This document shows positions 45,089-56,804 of a stretch of 64,000 nt of DNA, piece by piece. The first letter of the stretch is position 1. Every line of letters begins with the position of its first letter. A model generated the notes under the pieces. It saw nothing but the letters and a program-made list of their open reading frames with translations, had not been told where the DNA came from and ran no database searches. The position numbers and the translations under genes were made by a program. This DNA comes from Mayamaea pseudoterrestris. Lineage: Eukaryota. The stretch lies in contig BROI01000015.1 in the NCBI GenBank assembly GCA_027923505.1, forward strand, positions 372,001 through 436,000, read 5' to 3'.

Positions 45089-46510
45089 TTATAATAGTGC
45101 GTTGTCGAGTGATGGCTGCCGCCACGCAAACTCTCGACAATAGGAACCAAAATCCGGATCCAATAGAGGTTTGCACGACGCGGTGCATGTATAGACTACA
45201 ATGACACCCCAATCGAGCACCTTCGCCTCCAATAAATTCTTTTGTATCCGCTCAATGGCGGCTTGCTTGGCGTCCATGAGCGCGGGTGGCACATGCTCGG
45301 GCGGAGCTTGCTGAACCCACGATTCGGCTTGCTCCAAAGCTTGCGTGACCGCCTCGGGCGGCTTTTCTGCCGTCGTCATGTGCCCTGCAAGTAAGTAATG
45401 GAGCATTTGCGGCAGTATTTGGAATTCAAACTTGCGAGGTGACCCGCAGTGTTCGCAAGGTGGTGGGTCGCTTTCAAGCTGATGTCGCCGCTGGATCCAG
45501 AGTACGCCATCGTCGTCTGTACTATCCGGCCACCGCGAGTATCGAAGACACTGCGTCTGCACACCAGGTCGGCTCTTAAGTCGACTATAAAACTCCATGG
45601 CAAATAGATCCTGACTGACATCATGTTTGCTCTTGTCGCGTTTGCCGACAACCATTTCATTCAAATCGTCTTGTTCCAGGTCCTGGTCGCTGTCACTGGA
45701 AGCGTCCGAGTCGTCATCGCAATTTCTTGCGGGGAATATTGAAGCTCTTTGGTCCAATTCTGCGTCGTCATCATGAAAAGGCGGTTCCTCCTCCACGACA
45801 AGTTCCGACAAGGCGAAAACCGACGGAAGCTGCGTGATTAAAGTTGCATCGGCAACATCATTAGCCTTGTCGAAAACATGTCGTTTATACTCTTTCTGAT
45901 GCTCCTTGCAACAAAAGAATTGACTTTGTAAAGGACATTTTGTCGTTGCTGCCATGCCGCAAACAGCGCACGTATACGTATTCCACGTGGTGGGTAAATG
46001 CTGCTTCCAATCTGAATCATTTCCTTCACTTTCAGCTGGATAGTAGGAATTGTAGCGGCCGAGTTGACAGCGTAAAATGCAGACCGAATTCGAAGGATCT
46101 TGACATGATGGACATGCAAAGACGTAAAGAGTTCGATGAAATGCTTCTGGTACTTCATCCAACGGTGCGTAGAGCTGGCAAATGAAAATCAGTTGCGTTT
46201 GACAATGTCCACAATGAATCGGTTTCGGTACATGCTCTGGATCCAGCCAGACGCAGACCCCTCCAATTTGTCCGCCGTCCCAATCGTCATAGTTGCAGCT
46301 GCGATGCGCCACTCTCGTCAAGTGTTGTTTGTCTTGAATGGGCTCGCTAAAACCGAGTTGAATAATGGATGCACTCGTTGCGTTAGTTGTATCGGAATCT
46401 GCCGCTTTTGTCTTCATGACAAGAATGGACGAAGTGTTGCTTCGTCTTGGATAATGAAGGGTAATAGTCGCAGGAACAAACGAGTGTTTGCTTTGTCGGA
46501 TTGTTGGCAT
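45089..46510 (-). CDS. PDCD2: Programmed cell death protein 2 family (PDCD2/PDCD2L)
   Basis: QIGG..VWL, CxxC..L.FICQLYAP..FHRTLYVFAC, MYND-like cysteines, CEHCGSPRKFEFQILPQML and DWGVIVVYTC. Confidence 0.9.
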   Translation of the reverse strand: MPTIRQSKHSFVPATITLHYPRRSNTSSILVMKTKAADSDTTNATSASIIQLGFSEPIQDKQHLTRVAHRSCNYDDWDGGQIGGVCVWLDPEHVPKPIHCGHCQTQLIFICQLYAPLDEVPEAFHRTLYVFACPSCQDPSNSVCILRCQLGRYNSYYPAESEGNDSDWKQHLPTTWNTYTCAVCGMAATTKCPLQSQFFCCKEHQKEYKRHVFDKANDVADATLITQLPSVFALSELVVEEEPPFHDDDAELDQRASIFPARNCDDDSDASSDSDQDLEQDDLNEMVVGKRDKSKHDVSQDLFAMEFYSRLKSRPGVQTQCLRYSRWPDSTDDDGVLWIQRRHQLESDPPPCEHCGSPRKFEFQILPQMLHYLLAGHMTTAEKPPEAVTQALEQAESWVQQAPPEHVPPALMDAKQAAIERIQKNLLEAKVLDWGVIVVYTCTASCKPLLDPDFGSYCREFAWRQPSLDNALL

Positions 46511-46741
46511 GGTTTCGTGGCTGTCCGTTTTCCTCGTGAAACGTCACTGAGCCTGACCGGTACTCAGGGTGGACTCGCGATACATACAGCTGCATCGAGT
46601 TAACAGTTAGCAAGCGTATCTAATGTTATACCGTAGATTAGTAAGCTTATTGATATAATACTAGGACCAATGTAGCTATCTCAAGATTGCGTTTCACTGA
46701 CCGGGCCTCCATGCCTTTACTCACACTCATCCTCGCCTCCA

Positions 46742-47665
46742 CTATCCGTCACCATCATCCCCTTCCTCGTCACTATCACTGATGCCACCAGCATCCGACG
46801 CGTTTGATTCATCCTCGCCGTCTCCGATCAATGCAGTCAGAGCCTGAATTCCCGCATGTAAAGTATTCAATCCATCGTCCAACTGAGGAAGCAGCACGTC
46901 GCGCCGCAAGTGCGCGGAAAGTACAACGCTTAAAGACATGGCCAGAAAACACAAAACCTCCTCGGTAGCTTTGTAAACCACCCTAACCATATGTCGCATA
47001 TTATCATCGACTGGGCCGAGATACGTCTCCAAATCGTTTGCCATTAGCAAAAGGAGGTCGACGGCATGTGAATCCAGCAATCGCTCAGCATAGCGAACAT
47101 TCCATTCGCTAAAGACCACATCGACGTCATAGTCCATAGATTCTATGCTTCTGCACGCAAAGAAAATGAAGCAAACTCCCAGATCGACTGGGTTCCACAT
47201 GGCGGCAGAGAGGCACGTTTCAAACAGCGCGTCCATTAGTCGTTGAGTCATTTGTAAATTGCCCCGGTTGCCCAACGAAAAGAATCTCATAATCTCGGCC
47301 ACGAATATATTGCTCTCGGAGTAGTATACTGAGTAGCCAATCAGTTCTTGTTGCAAAGCTTGAATGCTAGAACGATCCGATTGGGCCGATGATGCCATCA
47401 GCTCGGCGAAAATAACAGCCGTCCGCTCCAGAACATCGCTCATCACGGTTCCTCTGTAGTATTCCTGAATCATGCCCGTCAAATCTTCCTCATGAAGAAA
47501 TCGGTTGAGGCATAGCGAGGCGGTTCGAAGTCGTTTCGTAATGCTAATGGGACGGTCACCAGGCTTCGACGGCGATGTCTCGCGGCGGCTCAAGCGTTGC
47601 TCTTGTAGACGTTTGCTGCGACGTAACAGCTCGGATGACTCGTTGTTGCCGCGTCTCTTAGGCAT
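46742..47665 (-). CDS. Hypothetical protein (basic N-terminus, helical core, acidic tail)
   Basis: 307-aa ORF with an NLS-like MPKRR..RRSKR; no family recognised. Confidence 0.65.
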   Translation of the reverse strand: MPKRRGNNESSELLRRSKRLQEQRLSRRETSPSKPGDRPISITKRLRTASLCLNRFLHEEDLTGMIQEYYRGTVMSDVLERTAVIFAELMASSAQSDRSSIQALQQELIGYSVYYSESNIFVAEIMRFFSLGNRGNLQMTQRLMDALFETCLSAAMWNPVDLGVCFIFFACRSIESMDYDVDVVFSEWNVRYAERLLDSHAVDLLLLMANDLETYLGPVDDNMRHMVRVVYKATEEVLCFLAMSLSVVLSAHLRRDVLLPQLDDGLNTLHAGIQALTALIGDGEDESNASDAGGISDSDEEGDDGDG

Positions 47666-47919
47666 CCCAATGATTTTACAGTCCAGGTTGTATAGTGCAG
47701 TGGGTAAAATGCGAGTGGGGGGGAGGGGATGGTGCGAGGAGTTACAAGTGGGATGGTTGCTGCGGCGTTTGCCATGCGCACCTTTTACATGTCACAGAGG
47801 TTTTCCAGTCGTTTTAAATAATGGCGCGCCACCGCCTCGTCTCGTTCTGAAGACCAGACCGAGCTGTATATACTCCAATTCCCAATTGCTGTACGTACAA
47901 AGTAGCTACATATAAAACC

Positions 47920-48828
47920 ATGCTGAACATAGTAACAGCTACTATACTGCTTTTATCTACATCCCGAAGTTGCTTGGCATCATACTCAATTACCCTGGAT
48001 CCTGGAGCGCAGGAATGCGTCCTTCTTCGGGCGCTTGACACTCATTCCATGATAAGGTACGCTAGACAGCGACAGGGAGCGCGCATGATGACAGAAAACA
48101 TGTATAAGTCTCATCCTTTTGTTACTTGACTCATTGTCGCTCTGACAGCGGCAACTACGACATTTTGAATGATCTTGTCGATGGACACGTCGTCACAGCC
48201 ACTTTGGAGCTCGCCGACACGCCTCACACTGTACTTTGGAAGTCCGATCGAGGCGAAACGGAAGGAACCTTTCAGATTGACGTCAAGCCACGAACGAGGC
48301 TAGAATTTTGTCTTGAAATGGATATTGAAGTGGATGATGACGTTACGCTAGGCAGTATTCCAGTTGGTTTCAACTTGTATGTACGACCTACAGTGGAGCG
48401 TACGCTGGATGCGGCCGAGTCTGGACCAGATGCGCAGCGAGCTTTGAAGCTAAAGTCGAGTGCTGATTGTAAGTAATATGGCTCTCTGCGTGGTTCTCTG
48501 TTCGCCTTGGTCGATGACCGACATGGATCGAGACGACGATTGTCTTTGTGGTGCTTCATTCTCAGTAATCCAAACCAATGTCACTCACTCTTCACAAACC
48601 TCGCATATATTCATTTTGAAATTGGCAGCCATTAACAACGACTGGCATAACTTGGTGGACCATTTTGACTTTCTCCGCAATCGCGAGGCCCAGCACCAAG
48701 TGTTAACATCTCAAATCCTTTCGCGGGTCATGGGATGGACCGTTTTGGAAGCAGGCTTGGTCATTTGCATGGCCTTGGGTCAAGTCATGTACTGGAAAAA
48801 GTTCTTTGAGCAACGGAGGTACTTGTAG
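47920..48828 (+). CDS. emp24/gp25L/p24 (TMED) cargo receptor; exons 47920-48056, 48149-48468, 48629-48828
   Basis: Signal peptide, GOLD-domain cysteine pair, LRNREAQH coiled coil, TM, and tail WKKFFEQRRYL. Both introns restore the frame. Confidence 0.9.
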
Positions 48829-49344
48829 TGAAGCAGTGGAGGTCATTGCGAGGTCACACGTCGTGCGACTAGGATTGATAACGGACAGCTACCTGCGATT
48901 TACGCATTAATGTATGCATATAGTCGTGTCTAACGGTACCATACGCTAAAGTTAAACGGAGATATTCTCGTCTAATACAAGCAGTGCTTGCTATAATACT
49001 CTCTCTCGCTTGCATGTGACTCACGTCGCGCGATGGTTGCAGTCCCGCGTTGAGGGCCGTCGACGTTGTGACCTCTGTGACTGAATTTTGTCCGGAAATT
49101 TGATGTAATCGGCCGTCCTGTTACACCATTGTACCTTCATTCGGAGCCTACGCATCTGTGCAAGCTTTTTTGTTGTTGTTCCAGCAGTTGCCTACTGGTT
49201 AGAAGCCAGATCAATCTCGGCTTTACTGAAACTTCGAATTGTGTGTGGCGCGCCTGCTCCTCTACGGTTTGTAAGTCCTTTTGTGGCTCGCTGTCAACAA
49301 GCTTTATTCCGCCACACGCTCCTGTTCCGCTTCATTGAGTGAGT

Positions 49345-49872
49345 ATGACGGACAATCAGCTTGATTCGACGAATGGCAGAGGTGACAAGTATACGCAATC
49401 ATCAGCCTCTGAAGAATTTGAGTTGCCATTGGACGCCCTCCACCTACAACGATCGCCATCACTCGATGCCAAGGACTTGCACGCGTCGCTCGATTTGGTT
49501 TCACACACGCAACGAACTGGTGCTCGAGGTCATCAGGATGGCTTGACGAGTCGAGGAAGAGTCATTGGCTTTGAAGACAGTTTCGATGACAGCATGAGTT
49601 ACTTGGGAGAGTCATTTGCCGTCGATGACCGAGACGAACCTCGACGAGCGAATCCAAATACATACAAGCAGCTGGAAGCCATTCAAGACATGACGGAGGA
49701 AGAAGATGAGGAAGAATGTAGTACTAGTAGCAGCGGCAATGATGATGCTGCTGCTGGGGATGATGACGAGGTGCGGCTTTCGAGTAGCCAAAGTGCTCCA
49801 GAAGGCGACCAGACTGTCGGCGTTTTAAGCAAGGACGCTGTTGCTGCAGGTGGAGACCTCAATTTTCCTTAA
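49345..49872 (+). CDS. Small acidic disordered hypothetical protein
   Basis: About 175-aa acidic ORF sitting in a gene-sized gap. Confidence 0.6.
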   Translation: MTDNQLDSTNGRGDKYTQSSASEEFELPLDALHLQRSPSLDAKDLHASLDLVSHTQRTGARGHQDGLTSRGRVIGFEDSFDDSMSYLGESFAVDDRDEPRRANPNTYKQLEAIQDMTEEEDEEECSTSSSGNDDAAAGDDDEVRLSSSQSAPEGDQTVGVLSKDAVAAGGDLNFP

Positions 49873-50295
49873 GACTGTACTTCTAATCTTATAGAAGAAT
49901 TTACTGGCCAGATATGTATATCTTCGCGAAGCAGTGGAACTGCATCTCACCTCTGCATGTGGCGACGTCGTTCTTGTGCAAGGACTTTAGCAAACGACGC
50001 CCGCAAATAGCAAAGGTAGTGACAGACGTCAGCGACTAAAGAGAACTTTTTTGCGTCTATCATACGACGGAGGAGCTACCACAGAGTCTACCATTATCTA
50101 GCAATTGCAGAACGCTGATGGTCGTACCTTTACTACCTTAACACCAGCTGCTGCCGGATCTCACTAAAGAAACGAGTAGTCAAGAATTCCCATGCGTCTA
50201 TATAATCAGTAGCTATTATTATTTGATCTTCATTTCCCTTCATTACGTGTAAGTTCAGTACATGCAAAAGGTCATTGGCGGTGAAATGTCAAATC

Positions 50296-50559
50296 TTACG
50301 CATCCTCCGAGACGGCTTCCTTCTTTGACTTTTTCTTCTTGGGTGCAGCTTCTGTCGCCTCTGCTGCTTCCGCTTTTGGTTCGTCTGCTGCAGCACCCTC
50401 ACTATTGATGAAATCAAGAATCACCTTGCGCGTCAACTCCATATCCTTGTCGCTTGGTTGTGCGTTGGATACAATTGTAGATCGGGTGAAAGCTCGTTGT
50501 GGACTGACAAACGCCGAGACGGTTGAAATCAAAATCAAAGCTAGCAAAGATAACTTCAT
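50296..50559 (-). CDS. Small plastid-targeted protein
   Basis: Signal peptide ending VSA-F, transit peptide, short core DMELTRKVILDFI, Ala/Glu/Lys tail. Confidence 0.75.
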   Translation of the reverse strand: MKLSLLALILISTVSAFVSPQRAFTRSTIVSNAQPSDKDMELTRKVILDFINSEGAAADEPKAEAAEATEAAPKKKKSKKEAVSEDA

Positions 50560-50928
50560 CGTAGCCACAAACAGAGTTATGATGTACTGTAGGCACTACT
50601 ACCGGTAGTGGAGAGCAAGAATGTCAACTGAAGGATCCAGATCGTGTCTCTGGCTTGGATGGGGGTCGTCGTCGATCGCATCGTCGGTCGGCCGTCCGCC
50701 GCGCCACGCGTACGTCACTCGTTAGCTACTCGATGACGCTACGACATTTAGTACCGGTTGAAGTGCAACCGAAGATCTTGGCGCGCCATCATGGTCGTTG
50801 ATCAGGCGAGTCGAACAGTGCACCGCACCTCATCTGCAAATTTATTAATCAAGGAATAACAACAGCAGCGCTAAATTAAAGCTAGCGCCGTCTCATCAAC
50901 TAGCACTTCTTTCGAGACTTGTACGAAA

Positions 50929-53439
50929 ATGAATCAAAGTACGCAGAAAAGGGGAATCGCACGGCGTCGAAAGGTCCGTCACCTTGCGGCAACGCTTGTC
51001 GCACTTTTCGCCAATCGACATCATGCATTAGTGCGTGGATTCTCAATCGAAACTCAAATACATAGTAAACACTCCTCGATAGGAGAACAATCAACAGCAT
51101 CCGCAGCTTCGACTGCTCAGCCGCCTTCACTCCCACCAAAGTCACCGAAACAACAGCAACGTCGCAAATCACAACGTGACCAGAAACCACCGATATGCAC
51201 CGAAGTGGATAAGTCTAACGGACGGGAGAAGCGAATACAGCAACCCTCTTCCATCATGCCATATCAGGCAGGCTACTATGTGTCAGTCAAGACGCAGAAG
51301 CGTCTACAAGACGTTGCAGCCGATGCTTTAAATATTCCTTTCGCCAGTGATCGAGCGACTCGTGTTTTGGAAGCCTTTCTGGCGACACCTCCACACCAGT
51401 GCAACGCGGCCAACATTGTTTGTGCACTGACGAGTTCGGCCAAGTTGCTTGAACGAGCCGGAACAATGACCGACCGCTTTGAGACCTTGCTTTACCAAAC
51501 TTGCGACATTGCTCGTGACATGTTGACACTTCATTTGCTGACGGCGCGTCAAATATGTAATTTGGCGTGGGCGATTGCCAAATTTCACGACGTGAATCCT
51601 CATGTTTTGCCGCACCCGGACGAAAGATTGGCGCTGTCTTCGAACAAGGTTTTGGGACAAGCTGAAACATGGAATTTGGAGCAGCAAAGTCTCAGTTATG
51701 GCCTGGATTTGTTGGTCGACCAGATTGCTTTGGAGCTTTGCAACATGCTACGCAATAGGGCCGCCTGCGCCAAAGTTGGTGAACTTGCCATGGTGAGCTG
51801 GGCGTATGGTGTTCTAAGACCCCGACGGAAACCCCCTGGCTGGAAACATGTGCCGCAGTTGGATGAAATGCGCAAAGTAGACGCTGTGCGGAAACAAAAA
51901 GGTGCTCAACAAAGTAGCAGCAATGAACAATTTTTGATTCGATACGAAACGTGGTCAATGGGAAATTTGAGAGAAAGAGTTCCTGTTGAAGCACCGACGG
52001 CAACTAAACAACTTTTTGATGCTATTTCAGATGCTTTGCTTTGCCACGATTCGGCAGTAAATGGGACGCTTCGTCTTTCATCTTGTCGGTGGAACGAACT
52101 GGCGACAACCGCTTGGGCTTTTGCCAGCCACGGCCATTGCAGCTCAATTCAAGCGCAGAATCTGCTTTTAGCTATTTCCAGTGAGACCGCGAATCGTCTG
52201 CGGCGAGCGGCGGGTAGCAAAACAGTTCTCAGCAGAGACATATCCCAAATAGTTTGGGCTTTGGGCAATCTACAATCGGACAATTTTCGGCTCGCCGATG
52301 GATTGCTCGAACTAATAGCCGCCGTTGATGAATACAGTGGAGTCAGCGATGCAGCATTTGTCAACTCCCGGCCTTTTCTAGATTGGAGCTGTGTGGATAT
52401 CGTGCAGATACTTGTATCCATGGCTCATGCCCGACTGGACGAGGAAGCTCTTTTGCGAGCGCTGTACGAAGAGGCTTACATTCGCTTATCACAAGGCATT
52501 GGTAGAAAGAATATACCACCAGGTCGTCGAGACTCGTTTTCGGCATGGGAAGTAAGCATGTTACTCTGGGTGCAAGCTCGGCTTTATTTAAAGGAAAGGC
52601 AAGGCATAGTATTTGCCCGATTCCCTTCTCGGGCCGCAAAGCAAATATTGGCTAGCTCTCGCCAGGCTGGTTCTCTGGAACAGATGCAAATCAGCATTCA
52701 AGAGCAAGCAAATCTTGCTTGGTCTCTCACAGTGCTGCAAGCTCATGAATCTTCCGACAGCGCTATCCTGCTGTCAAACATCTTTTCGGAAGTCGTCTTA
52801 GTCTGTGGACGTGAAGGGGTGATCCACTTGGAACACGCTCATCAGCTTTGGCAAGCTCTATTTCTGCTAGAAGATGACTGTCCTGCTGCCGTCGACAAAG
52901 TGCCGCGATGGTTGTACGAATACTTGCAGTCTAGGTGGAAGGCTGAGAAAGCACGACCAAAGATAAGCAGTGCGCGACATCAAGCACTGAGCCAGACACT
53001 CAAGCTTATGGGAGTGCACCATGTAAATGAGCATGACGAGGATATTGACGTTGCAATTGTCCTTCAACCCAAAGCGTCCTGGACGCACGAAGCAACGCTT
53101 AATGTATCGAATAACCCCGCCGCCCATCTAGATTCGATCAAGGTTGCTGTCGAATTTGATGGACCGAATCACTTTACCCGTCAGCGAGAGCCAGGCAGGG
53201 GCGAAACACCTCGGCCGCTAGGACAAAATGTGCTCAAGTACCGTATTTTGAAGAAACAAGGCTGGACTGTAGTTCGTGTCCCCTATTATGAGTTTGACAA
53301 GATCCCTTTTTGGGCATCGATGGAGCGTCAACGGTATTTGCAGCGGCTGCTTAAGACGCATGGAAATTTACGCTTTAGCGACGCAGATGTGAGCGCGTAC
53401 AAGGTGCAGGTTCCCAATCGACGGACGCGGTTTGATTAA
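50929..53439 (+). CDS. RAP-domain helical-repeat RNA-binding protein (organellar, FASTK/OPR-like)
   Basis: Repeated xxQxxNLAWA motifs; C-terminal VAVEFDGPNHF...LKKQGWTVVRVPYYEF. Confidence 0.9.
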   Translation: MNQSTQKRGIARRRKVRHLAATLVALFANRHHALVRGFSIETQIHSKHSSIGEQSTASAASTAQPPSLPPKSPKQQQRRKSQRDQKPPICTEVDKSNGREKRIQQPSSIMPYQAGYYVSVKTQKRLQDVAADALNIPFASDRATRVLEAFLATPPHQCNAANIVCALTSSAKLLERAGTMTDRFETLLYQTCDIARDMLTLHLLTARQICNLAWAIAKFHDVNPHVLPHPDERLALSSNKVLGQAETWNLEQQSLSYGLDLLVDQIALELCNMLRNRAACAKVGELAMVSWAYGVLRPRRKPPGWKHVPQLDEMRKVDAVRKQKGAQQSSSNEQFLIRYETWSMGNLRERVPVEAPTATKQLFDAISDALLCHDSAVNGTLRLSSCRWNELATTAWAFASHGHCSSIQAQNLLLAISSETANRLRRAAGSKTVLSRDISQIVWALGNLQSDNFRLADGLLELIAAVDEYSGVSDAAFVNSRPFLDWSCVDIVQILVSMAHARLDEEALLRALYEEAYIRLSQGIGRKNIPPGRRDSFSAWEVSMLLWVQARLYLKERQGIVFARFPSRAAKQILASSRQAGSLEQMQISIQEQANLAWSLTVLQAHESSDSAILLSNIFSEVVLVCGREGVIHLEHAHQLWQALFLLEDDCPAAVDKVPRWLYEYLQSRWKAEKARPKISSARHQALSQTLKLMGVHHVNEHDEDIDVAIVLQPKASWTHEATLNVSNNPAAHLDSIKVAVEFDGPNHFTRQREPGRGETPRPLGQNVLKYRILKKQGWTVVRVPYYEFDKIPFWASMERQRYLQRLLKTHGNLRFSDADVSAYKVQVPNRRTRFD

Positions 53440-54020
53440 GAGGTGATGGCAAGAAATAATGTGGAAACGCAACATGCTGATCCCAAGCGCTATTGCCCAG
53501 CCCTGGAATCGGCATTGTCGTTATGGTTGCTATATCTGACTTGCCACATGGCTGGCGGCTTGATTCCAGGGTTTTTGGCGATCGATTAGCTATGGAGTGG
53601 CCTTTCAGCGGCGATTTTGTTGCCCGTGAGATCGGTGAAACTATTGCCGCGGCACGATATCGCGCTTTTCCTCCGTGCCGGACTTAACTGAGGGCATGAT
53701 GGTTCATCGATAATTCGACGGCACCCTTGTTGTCCACGTATGGATCGTTGCTATTTAGGAAGTTTTTTCAAAGGTGATTTTGGAAAATCGATTTACTTTT
53801 TCCTTAAAAATCTCCCGGTTGGCTGACCGATAGACAAAAAAATGGTTACGACGTCTACAGTGCATAAGTGCAATCAACCAATCATAATGACTATAGAATA
53901 TACGTTTTCTCGTCGCTAGCAAAATGTTGCACAAACATAATAACCAAAATTGCCGACAAACCCGATTCATAATTGTAGATCTATGAAAGAGTTTTAAAAG
54001 AATATTCTGTAGCCAGTTAC

Positions 54021-56804
54021 TCATCTGCCAGACGACCGACTCCTTCTTACTTGTCGATGTCGGCTGCTATCTCCCGAAGACGACGTTTGATGATCGTGAT
54101 GAGAACGACTGGTAACACTGCGGCTTCGGCGACCAGAACTGCTTCTTGACGACTGACTTGACCGACGGCTGCGGCTTTCGCTGTCCGTGACAGCAGCTGT
54201 ACACGTTGTGAGAGCCGTGCTGGCAGTCACAGTTCTGCTACCATTAGATCGAGGAGGCGCCATTCTTTCCAATGAACGCAGCTCGGACGACACAATGGCT
54301 GGGCTGAGAGCTCCAAACGGTGAACTGCTATGCGAATCATATGGAAGAGCTGGCATACCTCGGCGTGACTCAATCACCATTTCAGCGTATCGATCCATCA
54401 AAGCCAGCTGCCGACCCAACGTAGTGCGCGACAAAAGCTCCGCTCGTTCCGCTTCGGCAAGTGTACGAATGCGCATCGCTTCAGCTTCTGCCTTGGCCCG
54501 AATGATCATTGATTCGGCGACTACTTGCGCATTGGCAAGTTCCGTGATTTTCGTCATTTCAGCTTTCGCCCTCGCAGTTTCAATGTCACGCTCATTCTTT
54601 GCTTCCGCCCGAAACTTTTGCGCGTTCCGGTCAGCCACCGCCGCAATACGTTTCACCTCCGATGCCGTGTGCTCCTCCGCCATGAAAACCTTAGCTTTTG
54701 CTTCTAAATGGCTCACTTTATTCTCGAGCTGCGCCGTTGTCAAGGCATGCTTGGCAATTTGCTCCGCAAGCTCCTCATCCATAATGACAAACGACATGAT
54801 CTGCAACTCTGCGAGGCGGACGCCATATTCGTTCAGAAACGACTCCTTAAGTTGCGAGGCGAACTTATCCTGGAGTTGCTGGAAGAAATTAACGTCTCCA
54901 GCTTCTCCTGGTGGAGCATCATCGCCAGAACTCAGTGGATCCAAAAATTTGATGCGAGGAGGCTCGTCGGCCGCTTGCACATGCGTCCACTTTGCCATTT
55001 GGTACAAAGCGGTTGACCGAATAATGTTGGTAAGGACCGATACTGACGTATCCAAAATGATGTCCTCCAGCTTGTCAGGATTCGCTTTTTCAACGAGCTT
55101 GCCTGGATCAACGATACTGTACAACACATCGGCACGCACACCAACGCGCACAAGATCCTTGGTTTCGCTAACCACCAGCGCAAGGTCTTCATCGGCGTCC
55201 TTGACTGTTTCATCCGCTTCGACAATAGATCCAGTGGTGGACATGAGTTCTTGTTCCCGTCGCTTCGTCTCGGCAAAAGAGCAAGACTCCAGGTCTGTCG
55301 GAAAGGCCACAGTCTTTAGAATGCCTCCTTTTTTCGGAATCTTTCTCGGTTCCTGCAAACTCTTGTGTGTCTTAAGACGAACCGGTTTTTGCTGCGTCGA
55401 GAGGAACCGTTGAAAAACGTGATTCGACCCTTCCAACAAGTGATGACCGTCGGCAAGAATTTGAAGCTTGCCAGAGTCGTACGTGACGGCGACTTGTCCG
55501 GTATGCACTACAACGCGTGTCTTGGATCCCAAGGTGATGACTGGTTCCGCAGAGTCGCGCATTTCGACAAACGTAAAGTCGGAACTATTGTACTCGTGCA
55601 AGCCTGGCTTGGTAATGAAGATTGGCTCCATATCCTTCCATGCCAAAGCAATCTTGCCCAAGGGAATGCGAAGAATGGTTATGGTTCCATGCACAATGGA
55701 TTCCATATTGGACAATGGCACGGTTTCAAGGTATTTAAAAGACGATGCCGTTATAAAGTGTTCACCTTCGCCAAGCAACCTTGGATTGCCTTGCTCCCAA
55801 ACCTTGGCGATGAGCCCCTTGTCGACGGACACTTTGTGTATTGACCCATGCTGAATGTACGGCTCGTGGTCGCTGACAAAGTCGTCAAACTTGAAGAGGT
55901 GCGACTCGATGAAATGCTCGCCTTCCTTCAAAAATCGCGGTTGAATAGACCTTGTTCCGTCGCTTGCAACTCGTTCCACGTGCACCTTGGCAAGCTGTCC
56001 CTGCTTCACGCGAATGGCATGGTAGTTTCCATGGCTCCAATACGGTGTATCAAGCGTGATTGTTCCATCGTCGACTGCAGAGCCTGCGTTAAATACATGC
56101 GTGCCAGAAGCAAGCAGTACGTGCGATCCTTGGTAGCGAATTCTTCCAATGGATCCAAGTGGAATTTGCACCATAAAAACTGAGCCAGCTACAATGACTT
56201 GTTGGTTCACAGGCACATTCTTGGCAATCCATTTAGCTTTCAATGACATTAGCAGCCATTTTCCTGGTCCCGCCGCGTATGTGGTTCCATTGTGCTTGTA
56301 GAATGAAATGCAACCTTGCGCTACGGAATGACCGGCTGGTCCATGAACGTGACAGCATGAATGTTTAATGACCTTGATTGCTTCCGTCATTATATCGGAT
56401 GACTCATAGTCGTAGACTGAATGAGGACGCAGTGGATCTACAGTTGTATTCGATCCATCAGTTTCAAGCTTGTCTTGGCGATTGCTGCTGCTTCCGTTTG
56501 CAATTGCTGCCGCCGCGGCTCGCTTTGCCCTCATTTCCTGTCGCTTTATTTCTTGATCAAAGAGCGCCTGCGTATGCGGATTACTAGCCAGTATATTGAC
56601 CATGTCAACCAAGCTTTCTGGTTTCCTAGCGTCTGCATTGCAGCATCGAATTGGAAGCTCCTTCAGGTAGCCGGAACAGTCGCGCAAATCCTGCGGCGGA
56701 ATTGATGCTTCTAATGCACCTCCATTGTCGCTACCGTCATTGCGAGACGGATAGTGGACGAGCTTGAGACTTGCAAAGGAAAAGACTGGTTCTGACTCGC
56801 TCAT
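54021..56804 (-). CDS. SPFH/band-7 protein with about six tandem N-terminal beta repeats and a C-terminal coiled coil
   Basis: Repeats of V..G..A.....G....L..G.H.; ETKDLVRVGVRADVLYSIVDP...YGVRL; AEA-rich helix. Confidence 0.85.
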   Translation of the reverse strand: MSESEPVFSFASLKLVHYPSRNDGSDNGGALEASIPPQDLRDCSGYLKELPIRCCNADARKPESLVDMVNILASNPHTQALFDQEIKRQEMRAKRAAAAAIANGSSSNRQDKLETDGSNTTVDPLRPHSVYDYESSDIMTEAIKVIKHSCCHVHGPAGHSVAQGCISFYKHNGTTYAAGPGKWLLMSLKAKWIAKNVPVNQQVIVAGSVFMVQIPLGSIGRIRYQGSHVLLASGTHVFNAGSAVDDGTITLDTPYWSHGNYHAIRVKQGQLAKVHVERVASDGTRSIQPRFLKEGEHFIESHLFKFDDFVSDHEPYIQHGSIHKVSVDKGLIAKVWEQGNPRLLGEGEHFITASSFKYLETVPLSNMESIVHGTITILRIPLGKIALAWKDMEPIFITKPGLHEYNSSDFTFVEMRDSAEPVITLGSKTRVVVHTGQVAVTYDSGKLQILADGHHLLEGSNHVFQRFLSTQQKPVRLKTHKSLQEPRKIPKKGGILKTVAFPTDLESCSFAETKRREQELMSTTGSIVEADETVKDADEDLALVVSETKDLVRVGVRADVLYSIVDPGKLVEKANPDKLEDIILDTSVSVLTNIIRSTALYQMAKWTHVQAADEPPRIKFLDPLSSGDDAPPGEAGDVNFFQQLQDKFASQLKESFLNEYGVRLAELQIMSFVIMDEELAEQIAKHALTTAQLENKVSHLEAKAKVFMAEEHTASEVKRIAAVADRNAQKFRAEAKNERDIETARAKAEMTKITELANAQVVAESMIIRAKAEAEAMRIRTLAEAERAELLSRTTLGRQLALMDRYAEMVIESRRGMPALPYDSHSSSPFGALSPAIVSSELRSLERMAPPRSNGSRTVTASTALTTCTAAVTDSESRSRRSSQSSRSSSGRRSRSVTSRSHHDHQTSSSGDSSRHRQVRRSRSSGR

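Noticed and set aside
54187..55413. 408-aa antisense ORF
   Set aside because: Shadow of the SPFH gene's Ala/Glu/Ser-rich coding sequence; no motifs and a GTG start.
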